Below are positions 12,985-25,128 of a DNA stretch of 64,000 bases, piece by piece (position 1 is the first letter of the stretch; every line of letters starts with the position of its first letter). The stretch is taken from the NCBI GenBank assembly GCA_023213395.1, contig CM041465.1:251851741-251915740 (forward strand). The letters run 5' to 3'. This DNA is from Cycas panzhihuaensis. Its lineage: Eukaryota > Plantae > Cycadophyta. A program made the translations under genes and the position numbers. The notes under the pieces were generated by a model that was not told the DNA's origin, ran no database searches, and worked only from the letters and a program-made list of their open reading frames with translations.

Positions 12985-15900
12985 TGTACGACTCCTAAAT
13001 CATCTCTGAATTTTTCAAATTTGATTTTCCCGAAGGCCTTTGTAAAAATATATGTTGTTTGATCTTCGGTGCTATAATAAGTTAACTCTATCTCTTCTGC
13101 TTGTACAAGTTCCCGAATGAAGTGGTATTAAGTTTCAATATGCTTTGTTCTGCCATGGAATACTAGATTTTTGGTCATTTGAATAGTGCTCTAATTATCA
13201 CATCAAATTCTAGTGGGACCTTGCTATTTAATTTGAAAATCCTGTAAGAGTCTTCTTAACCAGATTGATTCACAGATTCCTGACACTACGGCTTTATATT
13301 CTGCTTCGACTGTGGATAAGGAAATGGTATTTTGTTTCTTTGTACTCTAAGCTACCGCTGCTGATCCTATACTAAATACATAACCTGAAGTAGATTTTCT
13401 ATCATCGATATCATCGGCCCAATCTGAATCTGTATAACCAGTTAACTGAAACTCAGATATAGTTTTGTAGTATAACCCAAAATTTGGAGTCCCTTTAAGG
13501 TATCTAAGGATTCTTTTAGCAGCTTGCCAATGAGATGTCTTTGGATCTTACATAAATCTAGATACAACACTTACCGAATATTATATCAAGTCGAGTGGAG
13601 GTTAAATAGATTAGGTTGACAATCAGTTCTCTATAGAGAGTGGGATCAACTGAAGTCGAGTCATCTGTCTTAGAAAGTTTAATTATAATTTCTGTTGGTA
13701 TTGACAATGGTTTACAGTTTGTCATATTAAATCTTTGTAGAAGATCTAATATATATTTACATTGAGAGATAAATATTCCTTGTTTATCTTGCTACACTTC
13801 CAATCCTAGGAAGTAATGCATAAGGCCTAAGTCTGTCATCTCAAATTCCTTACACATAGCATCTTTAAATTGACTTAAAAGTTGGGAGTCATTTCTGGTA
13901 TAAATTAAATCGTTCACATAGAGTCCTATAATCAATATCAAATTTCCTTTAATTTGGGTGTATAGGTTTGGATCTGCTTGAGATCTTTCAAACCCTTGAT
14001 CTTTAAGATACATGTCTATACAGGAATACCAAGCCCTAGGTGCTTGTTTTAGACCATATAATGCCTTATTTAACTTATACACTTCGTTTTCTTCCTCCCT
14101 GACTTCAAAACCGAGGGGTTGAGTGACATAGATATCTTCTTAGATATAACCATTTAAGAAAGCACTTTTTACATCTATTTGATAAACAAACCAACCTATT
14201 TGGATGACTAAACTTATTATCATGTGAACTGATTCCATCCTAGTGATTGGGGCAAATGTTTCGGTATAGTCTATGCCTTCTCTTTAGGCATATCCTTTAG
14301 CAACTAAATGAGATTTATATTTATCAATTGATCCATCGGAGTGGAACTTGGTCTTATAAACCTATTTGGTTCCAATAGCTTTCTTCCTTGGTGGTAAATC
14401 TACAAGTTCCTAAGTATCATTTTTAGTGATAGACTTATATTCTTCTTGCATGGCTTTTTGCCAACACTCATGTTGATTAGCCTCACCAAAGGTTTGAGGC
14501 TCATGACTTTCGAGTAGCTTGCTCATTAGAGAAAAGTTGACCTTGTGTGAACATGTAGATCTTCGATTGTTATCCAATATATTTCCTAAGTCATGGTTAC
14601 GTTGAACCTATTTGGGTAGAGGTTGTGATGGTGGTTGAGATGATGTTGCATCCCTAGTGGTTTCCGGAGAATTTCTCCACATAGGAGGCACATATTTAGA
14701 TGTATTTGATGTATCAAACTTAATGGCAATGTCCTTCTGTTATTCTTAATTATTTTGATAGGAGTTATCTTCTTAAAATTTGACGTCCCTACTCACTATA
14801 ACTTTTCTAGATTTTGGATCATAAACTTTGTAAGATTTTGACGATTCACTATATCCAATAAAGATACATTTTACACTATAATCATCTAATTTAGTTCTTC
14901 TTTCGTAAGGGACGTGGGCATAGGCTAAACAACCAAATACCCTAAGGTGATAGATATTAGGTTTATAACATGTCCATGCTTCTTCTGGTGTCTTCCACCT
15001 AACTGCTTTTGTGGAATATCGATTAAGTAGGTAGACTACGGTATGGACTGATTCAACCCAAAATTCATGGCCCAAGTTTTTATCCTTAAGTATACATCGT
15101 GCCATTTCTATGATAGTTCTATTTTTCCTTTCCACTATACCATTTTGTTGTGGGGTGTAGGGGTTGGTAAGTTATCTCCTAATCCCATGTCGAATACAAT
15201 AATCCTTGAAGATATTAGAGGTAAATTCTCCCCCATTATCTAATCTTAAAGAAATGATATGATATCCACTTTGTCGCTCAATGAAGGTTTTGAAGTTAAT
15301 AAAGTGGTCAAAAGCATCAGATTTATATTTAAGAAAGAACACCCATGTCTTTCTTGTAAAGTCATCAATAAATGTGAGGAAATACTTAGCACCTGCCAAG
15401 GAGGGAGTAGTCATTGGGCCACAAATATCTGTGTATACGAGTTGAAGTGGGGTAAATGCCCAATGGCTAAAATCTGGAAAGCTTTCTCTATGTTGTTTTC
15501 CAAGAAGGCATCCCTCACACAACTCTTTATTAACATCAATAAGGGGCAATCCATTAACCATATCTAATCTTTTCATAAGGGCTAAACTGGTATAATTAAG
15601 ATGACCGAAATGTCGATGCCATAAGTCACTATCCATAGTAGTTGTGGTTCTAAGGGCATAGGTATATGAAGGGGTGATAGTAAGCTTAAATAAACAATCT
15701 TTAGTCATTATACCTCTAGCAACAATAGCTTCATTTTATCTTTTGTCTTTAATGACACATTTGTCGTTGTCAAAAATTACTTTATAATCTTGTCACATCA
15801 TCTATCCTACCGATAGTAAGTTTTTCCTTAAAGTATGGATATATAGAACATCATTCAAGTATTTATATTCACCACTATCAGTTAACAAGGCAATGTTACA

Positions 15901-17196
15901 TTTTCCAATCGATTCATGAGAAGTGTTGTCTCCAAACATAATTGGCCCTTTTTTATTTGTATCCAAAGTTTGAAATAACTATTCTTTATGGATTATGTGG
16001 GTGGAACAACCTGAATCAATGTACCGACTATCATCCTCTTCTTCTTGGGCTGAAAAACTAGATAGAAATAGCTTATTATTGATTTTAGATTCTGATGTAT
16101 TTGACACATGTCCTCTAGGGAGTGGTCCATATTTTGAAAAACACTTATCTTTAGTGTGACCATTTCTATGATAATAAGTACAATATAATTGATCTCTTTT
16201 TCTATAACTTGGTTGAGAACGATCAAGATTAAAAGATCTCCCCCTTTCCTCATAGAATTGAGTATGATTATTTCTTGGTTGATCACGATAGTTCTGAGGT
16301 GATCTAGAAGGTTGTGAATTCCCATGATAATATGGACAATAATGATTGTTATCAACTTGTCTTCTTTGGTTTGGATTTCTTTAAGCGTTTGAATTTCTTT
16401 GAGGGTTTTCATATTGTGGAAGTCCTTCTTGTCTATTTTTGTGAGGACCTTGGTATCGTGGAGGATTTTGTCTAGTTTTGTTTCTAGGGTTTCCATCTTT
16501 TCTCCTTGGAGGAGATTCGTTTTGTTTTGAGGTGCCATCTTGAGAGTTAGGTTGAATATTGGCCTTTGTAGCAAAGGCATGTTCTAAAGTTTTATTAACA
16601 GCTTGTTGCTCTTCTATAGACATGAGTATAGCAGTAAGTTGTTCTACTTTGAGGGTACTTAAATCTTTTGATACACTAATACTAGTAGCTACCATTGCAA
16701 AACGTCTAACAGCTCCTACACATCGAAGGATTCGTTCAACTACTCTTTGTTCAGTTAAGGTATCCCCAAGTGACCTCATTTGGTTAACGATATCTTGAAT
16801 TTTGGTCATAAGTTTAGTTACTGATTCATGAGGCATCATACGTAAATTTTTAAACTTACTTCTTAAGTTTTGTAATTTAGAGGGCGCGGCCCCTTCATAT
16901 ATAAGTTGTAAAATATCCCAAGCCTCTTTGGACTTAATGGATTCACTGACTCGTAGAAATACATGATCTTCTAATATGCAAAAGATAAGAGCTAATGCTT
17001 CGTTATCTTTTTTGACATTTTCTTTGTATGTAACATTTTCAGTATCAGTTGGATTTGATCCTAAGTTATTGTAACTGGTTCTCACTATATCCCACATATC
17101 ATTTGCTATGAAGATGGGCCTCATCCTCCTACTCTAGTCAAGGAAATTATTGCCATCAAATTTTGGGATAATCATGTTCCCAAAACTGGATATCAT
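12985..17196 (-). pseudogene. Disrupted copia gag-pol of element B
   Basis: ORF fragments: gag (16381-17124, SKEAWDILQ...KLQNLRSKFKNLRM); GAG-pre-integrase and integrase (15172-15708 LWHRHFGHLN, YFLTFIDDFTRKTW; 14773-15135); RT (13792-14082 LNKALYGLKQAPRAW...LYVNDL); RNase H to ~12990. Confidence 0.93.
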
Positions 17197-17339
17197 TTTG
17201 AACTAAAGTTATATAAAATATGATAAATGTAATATCAAAAAATATTTAAATATAAAAAATTAAAAAACTTAAATGAAAGAAGTTATATCCAAATATATCC
17301 CAAGGTTTTCCAAAGTTTTGAACAAATGAACTAGGACCT

Positions 17340-17770
17340 AGAAAGGCTACTAGGCTCTACGTTTAGGTTTCTCTTGGGGCAACCTTCGGTTGCTATTCTG
17401 TCTAATGGTGCCTACCCATAGATGGAAAAACAGGGACCTAATATACCGATACAGAGCACTAGGCTCTATATACCTCAGTACGCGAGCTGCTAAGAAGGCT
17501 TTGACACCCCCCTGAATTGTTGGTCCACCTGCACCAGACTTATGCCTAACAACAGATCTAGTGGTGAAGGTTCTCAAACCAGGGCACTCACCCTCTCCAG
17601 GTCTAACCTTAGTCTCCAAACACCATAAAATGAATAGGTTCTACACCTTAGCCTACCATCAAATACACCTGATAACTAATGGCTGTCCTCATCCAATATG
17701 AGTAGGCCGATTAGCGTGTGCGGGGTGGTAACTTTAGGGGTCCTAATCGTTCCCCTTGTAAGGCTAGAAA
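17340..17770 (-). ncRNA. Candidate structured cis-acting RNA element upstream of gag in copia B (homolog of 44870-45300)
   Basis: Collinear nucleotide similarity to 44870-45300 in a different copia family, with conserved and compensated stems. Function is inferred only. Confidence 0.55.
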
Positions 17771-19644
17771 AATGGGGTGGTTCAATTCAAAATTATCTTG
17801 TTTAATATAAAAAAATTAAACTAATTATAGCAATGTGATCTTACTTAGAAAAAGAAAAATTCCTTTGATAATAAAAAACGGAAAGTAAAATATGCTCTAA
17901 GCAAGATGAAATGAATACTAAACTTTAAAAATAAAAAACTTCCTTTGTTTTTTTTTTCTCTTTTTTTTTTCTTTTAAGTATAATGCTCTTCAAATAGATG
18001 AAATATGCCTTTGAACAAAAAATGTAATTTTTATTTTAATAAGTGTAAGAAAAAATGATATTTTTCAATAATGAAAAAAACTTTGATACACTTTTGAAGT
18101 ATAACGATCAATAAGAAAATAATGATGTGTTTGAAAGCAAACTTAAAAAATCTTTTTCACTTATGCAAAACTGAAATAAACTTTTGGGAATGAAATATAA
18201 AGAGTTTTTAAAAATACCAATTTCTTAAATGAGTAAATGTAAATCTTCAATGTAAAAAAAAGACTTTCCCTTTTTGTATAAAAATAACTTTTCTTTGAGA
18301 AAGATATATATTGCCTTATGAACAATTTCTGGTTCAAAACAACTTAAAATGCTTGTAAAAAGATCAAGTAGAAACCTTGAACAATCAATGAGATATAAAC
18401 TAGAATTTTCTTAAAAATTTTGAAAAAATGACAAGCTTATTAGGATGTACTTGTATGCTTAACTTTAATAGCTTGGAAACTATACTGAATAATGTCAAAA
18501 TAACTTAAAATTCTACCAATATGTAGATTAATAAGGTGTGAATCCAATGAAACTATCGTTTTGAAAACGAGTTCCAATAAATCACGATTTGAATGATGCA
18601 AACTTATAGACCTCCTTATAGGGCCTAATAGGAGCAGGGAAGATAAAATTGCATAAAATTATTAATTAACACTTTAGAAAATATTGAAAAAAGGATCAAA
18701 TATTGTTTATGAAATTGTTCAATATACTTTCAGTTAAAAATTTTTGAAAAATATATTAAAAAATATGTAAAAATAGTAGATTTGAGGCAATAAGGTACCT
18801 CAACTTTGAATGATTTGAAAATTAGGAAAAATATGTCACAATGTATAAAAAATTATGTCAAATTGAAGATAATTGAGTCATCTTCCCAACGAATTTGATG
18901 GAATTAAAATCTGATATAGAATCGAAAAGTTATAGCAAAAATGGTAACAGGTGTCTTTATATAAAATGTTAAGAAACAGGCTAAAAATGACTAAATTCCC
19001 ACTTTTAGCGATTAAAATACTAATGAAAATGAATGTAAAAAATTAAAATAAGAAGTGGGTATTGAAGTTTGTAGAATGTATATCACTATAGAAGAAATCT
19101 GAGCAGAAAGAAATTTACCAATAATAAATTACAGCCAGTTCTAAAAGTGATTTTGTTAAAAGTGTGAAAAATACTGAAATTTTAAATGTCTGACGTTAAA
19201 TTAGCCGAAATAGGGTCAAATCGACACCAAATTAGTCATATAACCAGTCAAAATTGATGTACAGAAATTTTCTGATCTAACGGAGGTGGTTTCGTCTAAA
19301 ATCGATAAGCCAATGAGGAGTTATGGCAACAGAAACGTCAATAACTCTATGTAGAATAAAAATTTGAAAAAAAAAAAAAAAGGGTAAAAAGTTATATTAT
19401 TAAAAAAATTTGTTGGAATATGGGTTTGAAGATAGACTGGGCAAGGATTGAACCCAAGACCAGTCAGAGAATAAATGCTTCTGATGGAGGGTGAACTCGC
19501 TCGTCAAGTTTAAAAACACAAAAAAAAAAAATTTAAATGAAACTAAAGTTGATTATGTGTAAAGTATTCGGGCTCGGATCTCAAAGAACTATTTAGTTAA
19601 CTTTAATTTTTGAACTTTATAAAGAAGAATGTATATATAAAATG

Positions 19645-20000
19645 AAACGTAACTTGAGAAAGGTCGTACGTAATAATGCGTAAACCGTGAGACGTAAAGG
19701 AACGTACGTAAGACGTAAAGAGACGTACACTGGTCGGATAGAGAAGATGTACGTAGACGTACGCTGGTAAGACGCAACAATGCATAATGGAGACGCAAAC
19801 GTCACCTTAACAAAGACAGCTTAGCAGATCACGGAAAGAGACGCATATTACTGTTCTGAAACGTAGGACGAAATGCTTCTGCAAGCAGAATTTTCTCCCA
19901 GAATGGACGCAGACGCCAATACAAAGTAAGAGGGATGCAACACTTACCCAGATGCAGAGTTTGACAAAGAGTCTCAAACTTTGAAGTAATGCAGACGTAA
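19645..20000. promoter_or_regulatory. CpG-retaining ACGT/GACGY motif cluster in the copia B leader
   Basis: 12 ACGT and 5 GACGC occurrences in ~350 bp, in an otherwise CpG-poor window. Confidence 0.55.
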
Positions 20001-20150
20001 AGAGGTCAAAGCAGAGGAGATGCAAGCGAAAATGAAGAGGGTTCCAAGTCTAGAGTACAATGGCGGGTATGTTGGTATGGCGTAGACACAGATGAAGATG
20101 GCTCAGACACAAATGGCTCAGGCTTTGATGGACGGAACAAAGTGGGAGAA

Positions 20151-20270
20151 CAATTTGTAAACAAATGGCTATATGTATGTTTATAAAATGATGCACAGTT
20201 TGTAAACAAATGGCTATATATATGTTTGTAAAATGATGCACAGTTTGTAAGAAAATGGCTATATATATGT
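20151..20270. repeat. 45-bp tandem repeat (~2.7 copies) in the copia B leader
   Basis: Unit cagtttgtaaacaaatggctatatatatgtttgtaaaatgatgca. Confidence 0.9.
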
Positions 20271-20726
20271 GTTGAGCGCTGAGAAGAGATTAAGCCAGCA
20301 CAGATATGTTGGTAACAACACTATAGATACACAGGGACACAAGAAAACCAGATCACACAGAGCACACAGATCTATCGAGAGAGATATAAATCATACACAA
20401 AGAGTACGCTAATAAAGTATACCAAGATACATAAACTTAGCCAGGAATAAAGTAAAACCATATATCAAAGAAATTTATTTATTTATTTATATCTTGAATA
20501 TCAAAGAACGAAGAACCTGGTTACCTGGTTGCAATATTGTTGTGCAGACTTCTGAGCGAGAGAACTTCTTTCACAGTGGATGAAACTCTGAACCGTCTTC
20601 TCCAATGAATAGATGAGTTTGCCAGGATCTCAACAAGCAGTCATATGCATATATTTCACTAGATATATGAGAAGCTAAATCAAAAAATAGGCAACAGTAT
20701 CAACTCAATGTAGGTCTGATACTAAA

Positions 20727-21060
20727 TGATGGAGCTAGAGGAGCAGAGTAGGACATCATAACGATCGCATCTTGAATACAACAACACTTTTCGATAAATG
20801 GTGGTGTTAATAAATACCAGGGAGGTATTTCCTTCCCTTAAATAGAGAATTTCGGGGAGGCATTGGGCACCATCACCCTAGCTGCACAACAATTAAGATA
20901 AGTTCAAAATATATTAAAGAAAATAATGGTGATACGTACCTCAAGTGAGTGGTCGGTCCGGATGGCTGTTGAGCGGCTCAAGGTGCCCTAAGGGCCCTCA
21001 AAGGTGGCTTTGAGGGGCCCTAAGAACTCCAGTACACATACATTGGGATTATTCCCAACA
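20727..21060 (-). repeat. 5' LTR of copia B
   Basis: Direct repeat of 12630-12963; adjacent to the PBS and TSD. Confidence 0.95.
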
Positions 21061-24000
21061 CAAGCATGGAACAAAGAAACCAAACCTACTTCCATTAAGT
21101 GTATTGGCAACAAACTTAAGTTTGCTATAAATTAGATTTTACTAGATGCTCTTTCGTACTCCATCTATAATTATAAGAGTAAATATAATACTACTATTAT
21201 GGTCAACCATACCTAGGAGAAATAGTAATTTCTAAGGGATGTGACTCATGTGATAGGATCGTGTGTATTATCAATAGAGTATGCGATATACTACACAGCA
21301 TGGACAATGTATGTATGCCCCCAACCCTTGTACTAGCATAACTATCCTCTAGAATTAGATTGAAGATAGTTTCTTTATTGCTTCTTGGCCCTAATAAGGA
21401 GTCTCTAACATGACAAAATCCTAAAAGATGAGATGAGAGAACTTCTTTTTAAATTAAACTTTGAGACAAAAGCTCTACTTTAAATATGGAAACCAATCTA
21501 AGGCTCTTTAAACTTGATATCCATAGAAAATAAGAAGGCTATCACATTTGGTTTACTTGGCCCAACATTAGGAATTATCATAAAAAGGTGATCGAGAGAT
21601 GAAATAGTAACATGCTTATTAATAATGGTATATTAAAATTCTATCTTAAATAGGCTAGGGATATTAAAGTCTTAGGTGATATAGTTTTATCCACTTCATC
21701 TTTTATCTAGATAAAACTGCCACATTATATCAAGTGACTCAAAGATCAATAAGGCATTGTCTATTTACCAAATCTACAAAATCGCAGGTCTAACATTTTA
21801 GCATACTCCATCTAAGGACTGCGAGATTAACATAATTGAGGGTCCCTAATCATGCCCTTATTCACATATTTTACCCCTCTTCTATGAGAGAGCTAGCCTT
21901 AAATGATAGGGGAGACACTCCATCTATTGCCACAATAAGAGGTAACATTTGCTACCATATTTGTAGACTTGATCAAGCTACCACCCAGGATTTCACTTCA
22001 AGTAGATATACTTACCTAATAATTGGTTTCAATCAAATCTTGTGTGATTTTATAGTTGAAGATGGGGATAGGCAGACCAGTTGATTGATTACAATTGTCT
22101 GACACTTAGTACCTCCTTCTTATATATTTATTTAGCCATATTTATCACTTCATTACTATACTACATTTTGATTTATGTTCCTTTATACCTTAGGAAATAC
22201 TAAAATTATATGACAAGAGATGCCTTAATGCACTACATAAATATATATGACATGTTATTTTCCTTAATCCCATTGACTGCTTAGGCCACTAGTGGACATT
22301 AATAATTTTTCATTTCCTTTTCTCAAAGGCCATGGGAAACATATTGTTATGCTCAAGGACAAGGTTAATAGAGAAAAATTTAAAGAGAGAGTTAAGGCCA
22401 TGGAGGACTTAGAATGAAAAACCTTTGATAACCAGTTATAAACCAAGGTTTTTAAGTGAGTCCACTCTTATGATTTAAGAAATTGAAGACACCAAAAGAA
22501 TTTAAGTAAGAACCAAGCTTTATTAAATCAAAGGTAGGGATAGATGTGTGATGTTTTGGGATGCTATCATAGGAATAAATAATACAAATAATAAAAACAA
22601 CAATAAATGAGATCTTACAAATAGTTTAGAATGTGATCTTACCACCTAGTGTAGAGAATGGAGACCCCATCTCTAATAGTATGATTAGAGGACAAGCCCC
22701 TCTAAGAGAAAGAACCAATAGTAATTTAGAATTACAGATATCTTCTCCTACTAATCATGTGGCTTTAAATGCATGATATTAACTTGTTTAATATTAATTA
22801 TTAGAGATGACTTAGTTATGACTTTGATCACAACTTAGCTTCCCTTCTCAGAAGCTTTTCCCTCAAAGCTTTCAGAGCTTGATGATTTATCAACTTCTCT
22901 AATTCTTATGGACTCTTGTATAGAGGAAATATAAATCCAATGTGTTTTCTTCTTGGTTAGTAATGGTGGGTTGTTCTAAGGCTTATTTTTTTGCCTACAG
23001 GCTTTCATTGCTAATTTTGATACAAGTACTATGGATCCTAGTGGATACTTACAACATTTATATTTGGCACCTTGGTCACATAATTAGTTAACATAATGAA
23101 GGGCTAGGGCTAGGTAATTAATGGATAATTAATCGACCAACACCTGACTAATACACCTAGTTTCTCATATATATAAATTAATAAAAATTGTAATGTAAAG
23201 AGGGCTTTCGCAAGACTAACAAATACTATGTAAGCTATTTTATATGCCTAAACTTTATTTTATTTATATCATTTTTCCTCCTCAATGTGTGGTGGGCTAC
23301 TAAAGAGCACACAATAGAGAAATATAAGAGGATGGAGTCAAAATCATGGATGTGAGAAGGACAAATATAATATTTAAATCAACTAGGCTTCTTATAGATA
23401 AGACTTCAATCACATTATAATTTTCAATCAAAGTGTCTCTTCATTGATTTGTGTATAACTATATGCTCTATTAGAAAATCATGAAAATTATTATAATCTT
23501 CCTTATTAAGAGTTCTATGACCACCAAATATAAAACTATGAAGAATAATCATCACACATATTTGAATAACCATTGTTGAAATGCACAATCTACATGAGTT
23601 GTACTCATATAACTAGTTTGAGATCCTACTATTCAAGCTTACCTAATTAGTGTGAGAACCTATCATTCAAGTCCTCCTAGTATCTCATTATTATTCCATA
23701 AAGAACTTGAATGATTCATTTTAAAACCAATAAACTAAGCTAAAGTATCCACTTCCTTCTTGGGAATGGGTTAGCCTCTAATAGAACCTCTATGATTACC
23801 TTTATTTTCTCTAAACTTGCACAAATACACAATTAAAGATTCAACATAATAGTCGAAACCCAACTTCATCATAGCCTAAAGCACAATAACTATAGCAATG
23901 GTTTTTCTTTATTGCCTTTATTAATAATTATTTGATTTACTGGTTATGAGATTAACGTACTCAAATACAAACTCTTGAATGGTCTCTTTTGCATTATTAT

Positions 24001-25128
24001 AAATTTTTGTATGAGGTGGAAGGACTCTTCTCATAATTCAAATCACACTAGCAAAAGGCATGAACCTATCTTATTCTATCACTACATGATTATGTGAAAA
24101 ATAAATGAGCCAAGAATAGAATAACCTAGAGATAATTATTATGGCAGAATTAATCTACCAATATTCAATTATTAATTCATTATAAATACAATAATTATAA
24201 CATGATAAGTACATTAATAAGTACATGTATATATAGGATAGATAATTATCCCTTTAACTAATAACAAACCAAACTAAATGATTGGTATATGAGGACTAAT
24301 TTATGGACCAATAATTTCCCCCTGTGTGATATATATTCAGTAATTCATAGCACTAAATTATAACCTTCCAAAGTAAATATTACTTTCCCCCTTAATGTTT
24401 ACTTCATTTAGCTTTAGACTAATAAACCTCTCTAAATTTTTTAGTTTTTCCATGTGCTAATGGTTTGGTGAATATATGTGCCAACTACATATTGGTAGGC
24501 TTGTAGATCAACTTGATTTCTCTAATCTAAACCTATTCCTTTATGAAATAATGATGTGTTTCTATGTGTTTAGTGCAAGCATGTGATGCTTAATTCTTAA
24601 CTATGTTTAATGTACTTTGATTATCACAATACAACTTTGTAACACCTTCCTAATGAAGACCTAAGTCATTAAGAATCTCTTTCAACCAAATGACCTCACA
24701 CACTACTATAACTACTACCTTATACTATACTTTAGTTGGAAAAAGTACAACATTGGGTTATTTCTTATTGCTTCAAGAAACTATTATTGAACCAAAATTA
24801 AAACAACATCCAAAAGTTGATTTTTTTATATCAATGTATCCAAATTAATTTGAATCGAAAAATACCTCTAAAATAAAGTTATTATTGTCAGTGAATTTGA
24901 GTCTATATAATAAAATCCCTTATAAATACCTTAGAATTCTCTTTATAGCTTTCAAGTAACTCTTTTTGGGTTTTGTCAATTGCATAAGCAATGTCGAACC
25001 TAGTTGTAGTTGAATAAATCAAACTACCAACCAGTTGTTTATATAAAATTCCATCTACCTACTTTCCTTTTATCTTCCATGCGAAATCTTTTTAATAGCT
25101 CATATGTGTACTTAGCTTGGGAGATAAA

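Larger units (their letters stand above)
12630..21060 (-). mobile_element. Full-length degenerate Ty1/copia LTR retrotransposon (element B) with a ~3.5-kb leader
   Basis: 334-bp LTRs at 12630-12963 and 20727-21060 (~29 mismatches); perfect TSD caagc (12625-12629/21061-21065); PBS (rc ggtctgatacta) at 20713-20724; PPT (rc ttctccccc) at 12964-12972. Confidence 0.95.

Noticed and set aside
17350-17619. 89-aa minus-strand ORF METKVRPG... as an upstream ORF of copia B
   Set aside because: It starts at TTG, and the homologous segment in element C is frameshifted and stopped. Conservation is better explained at the nucleotide or RNA level.
17340-17770. Group I/II intron or hammerhead ribozyme identity for the conserved leader element
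   Set aside because: I could not find a group II domain V, group I P7 signatures or the CUGANGA/GAAA hammerhead core by eye.
19589-20241. Cluster of small overlapping minus-strand ORFs
   Set aside because: By-products of the low-complexity ACGT-rich and 45-bp repeat sequence; no protein-like signal.
20151-20270. Tandem repeats as a CRISPR array
   Set aside because: Head-to-tail repeats without unique spacers, eukaryotic TE context and no cas genes.
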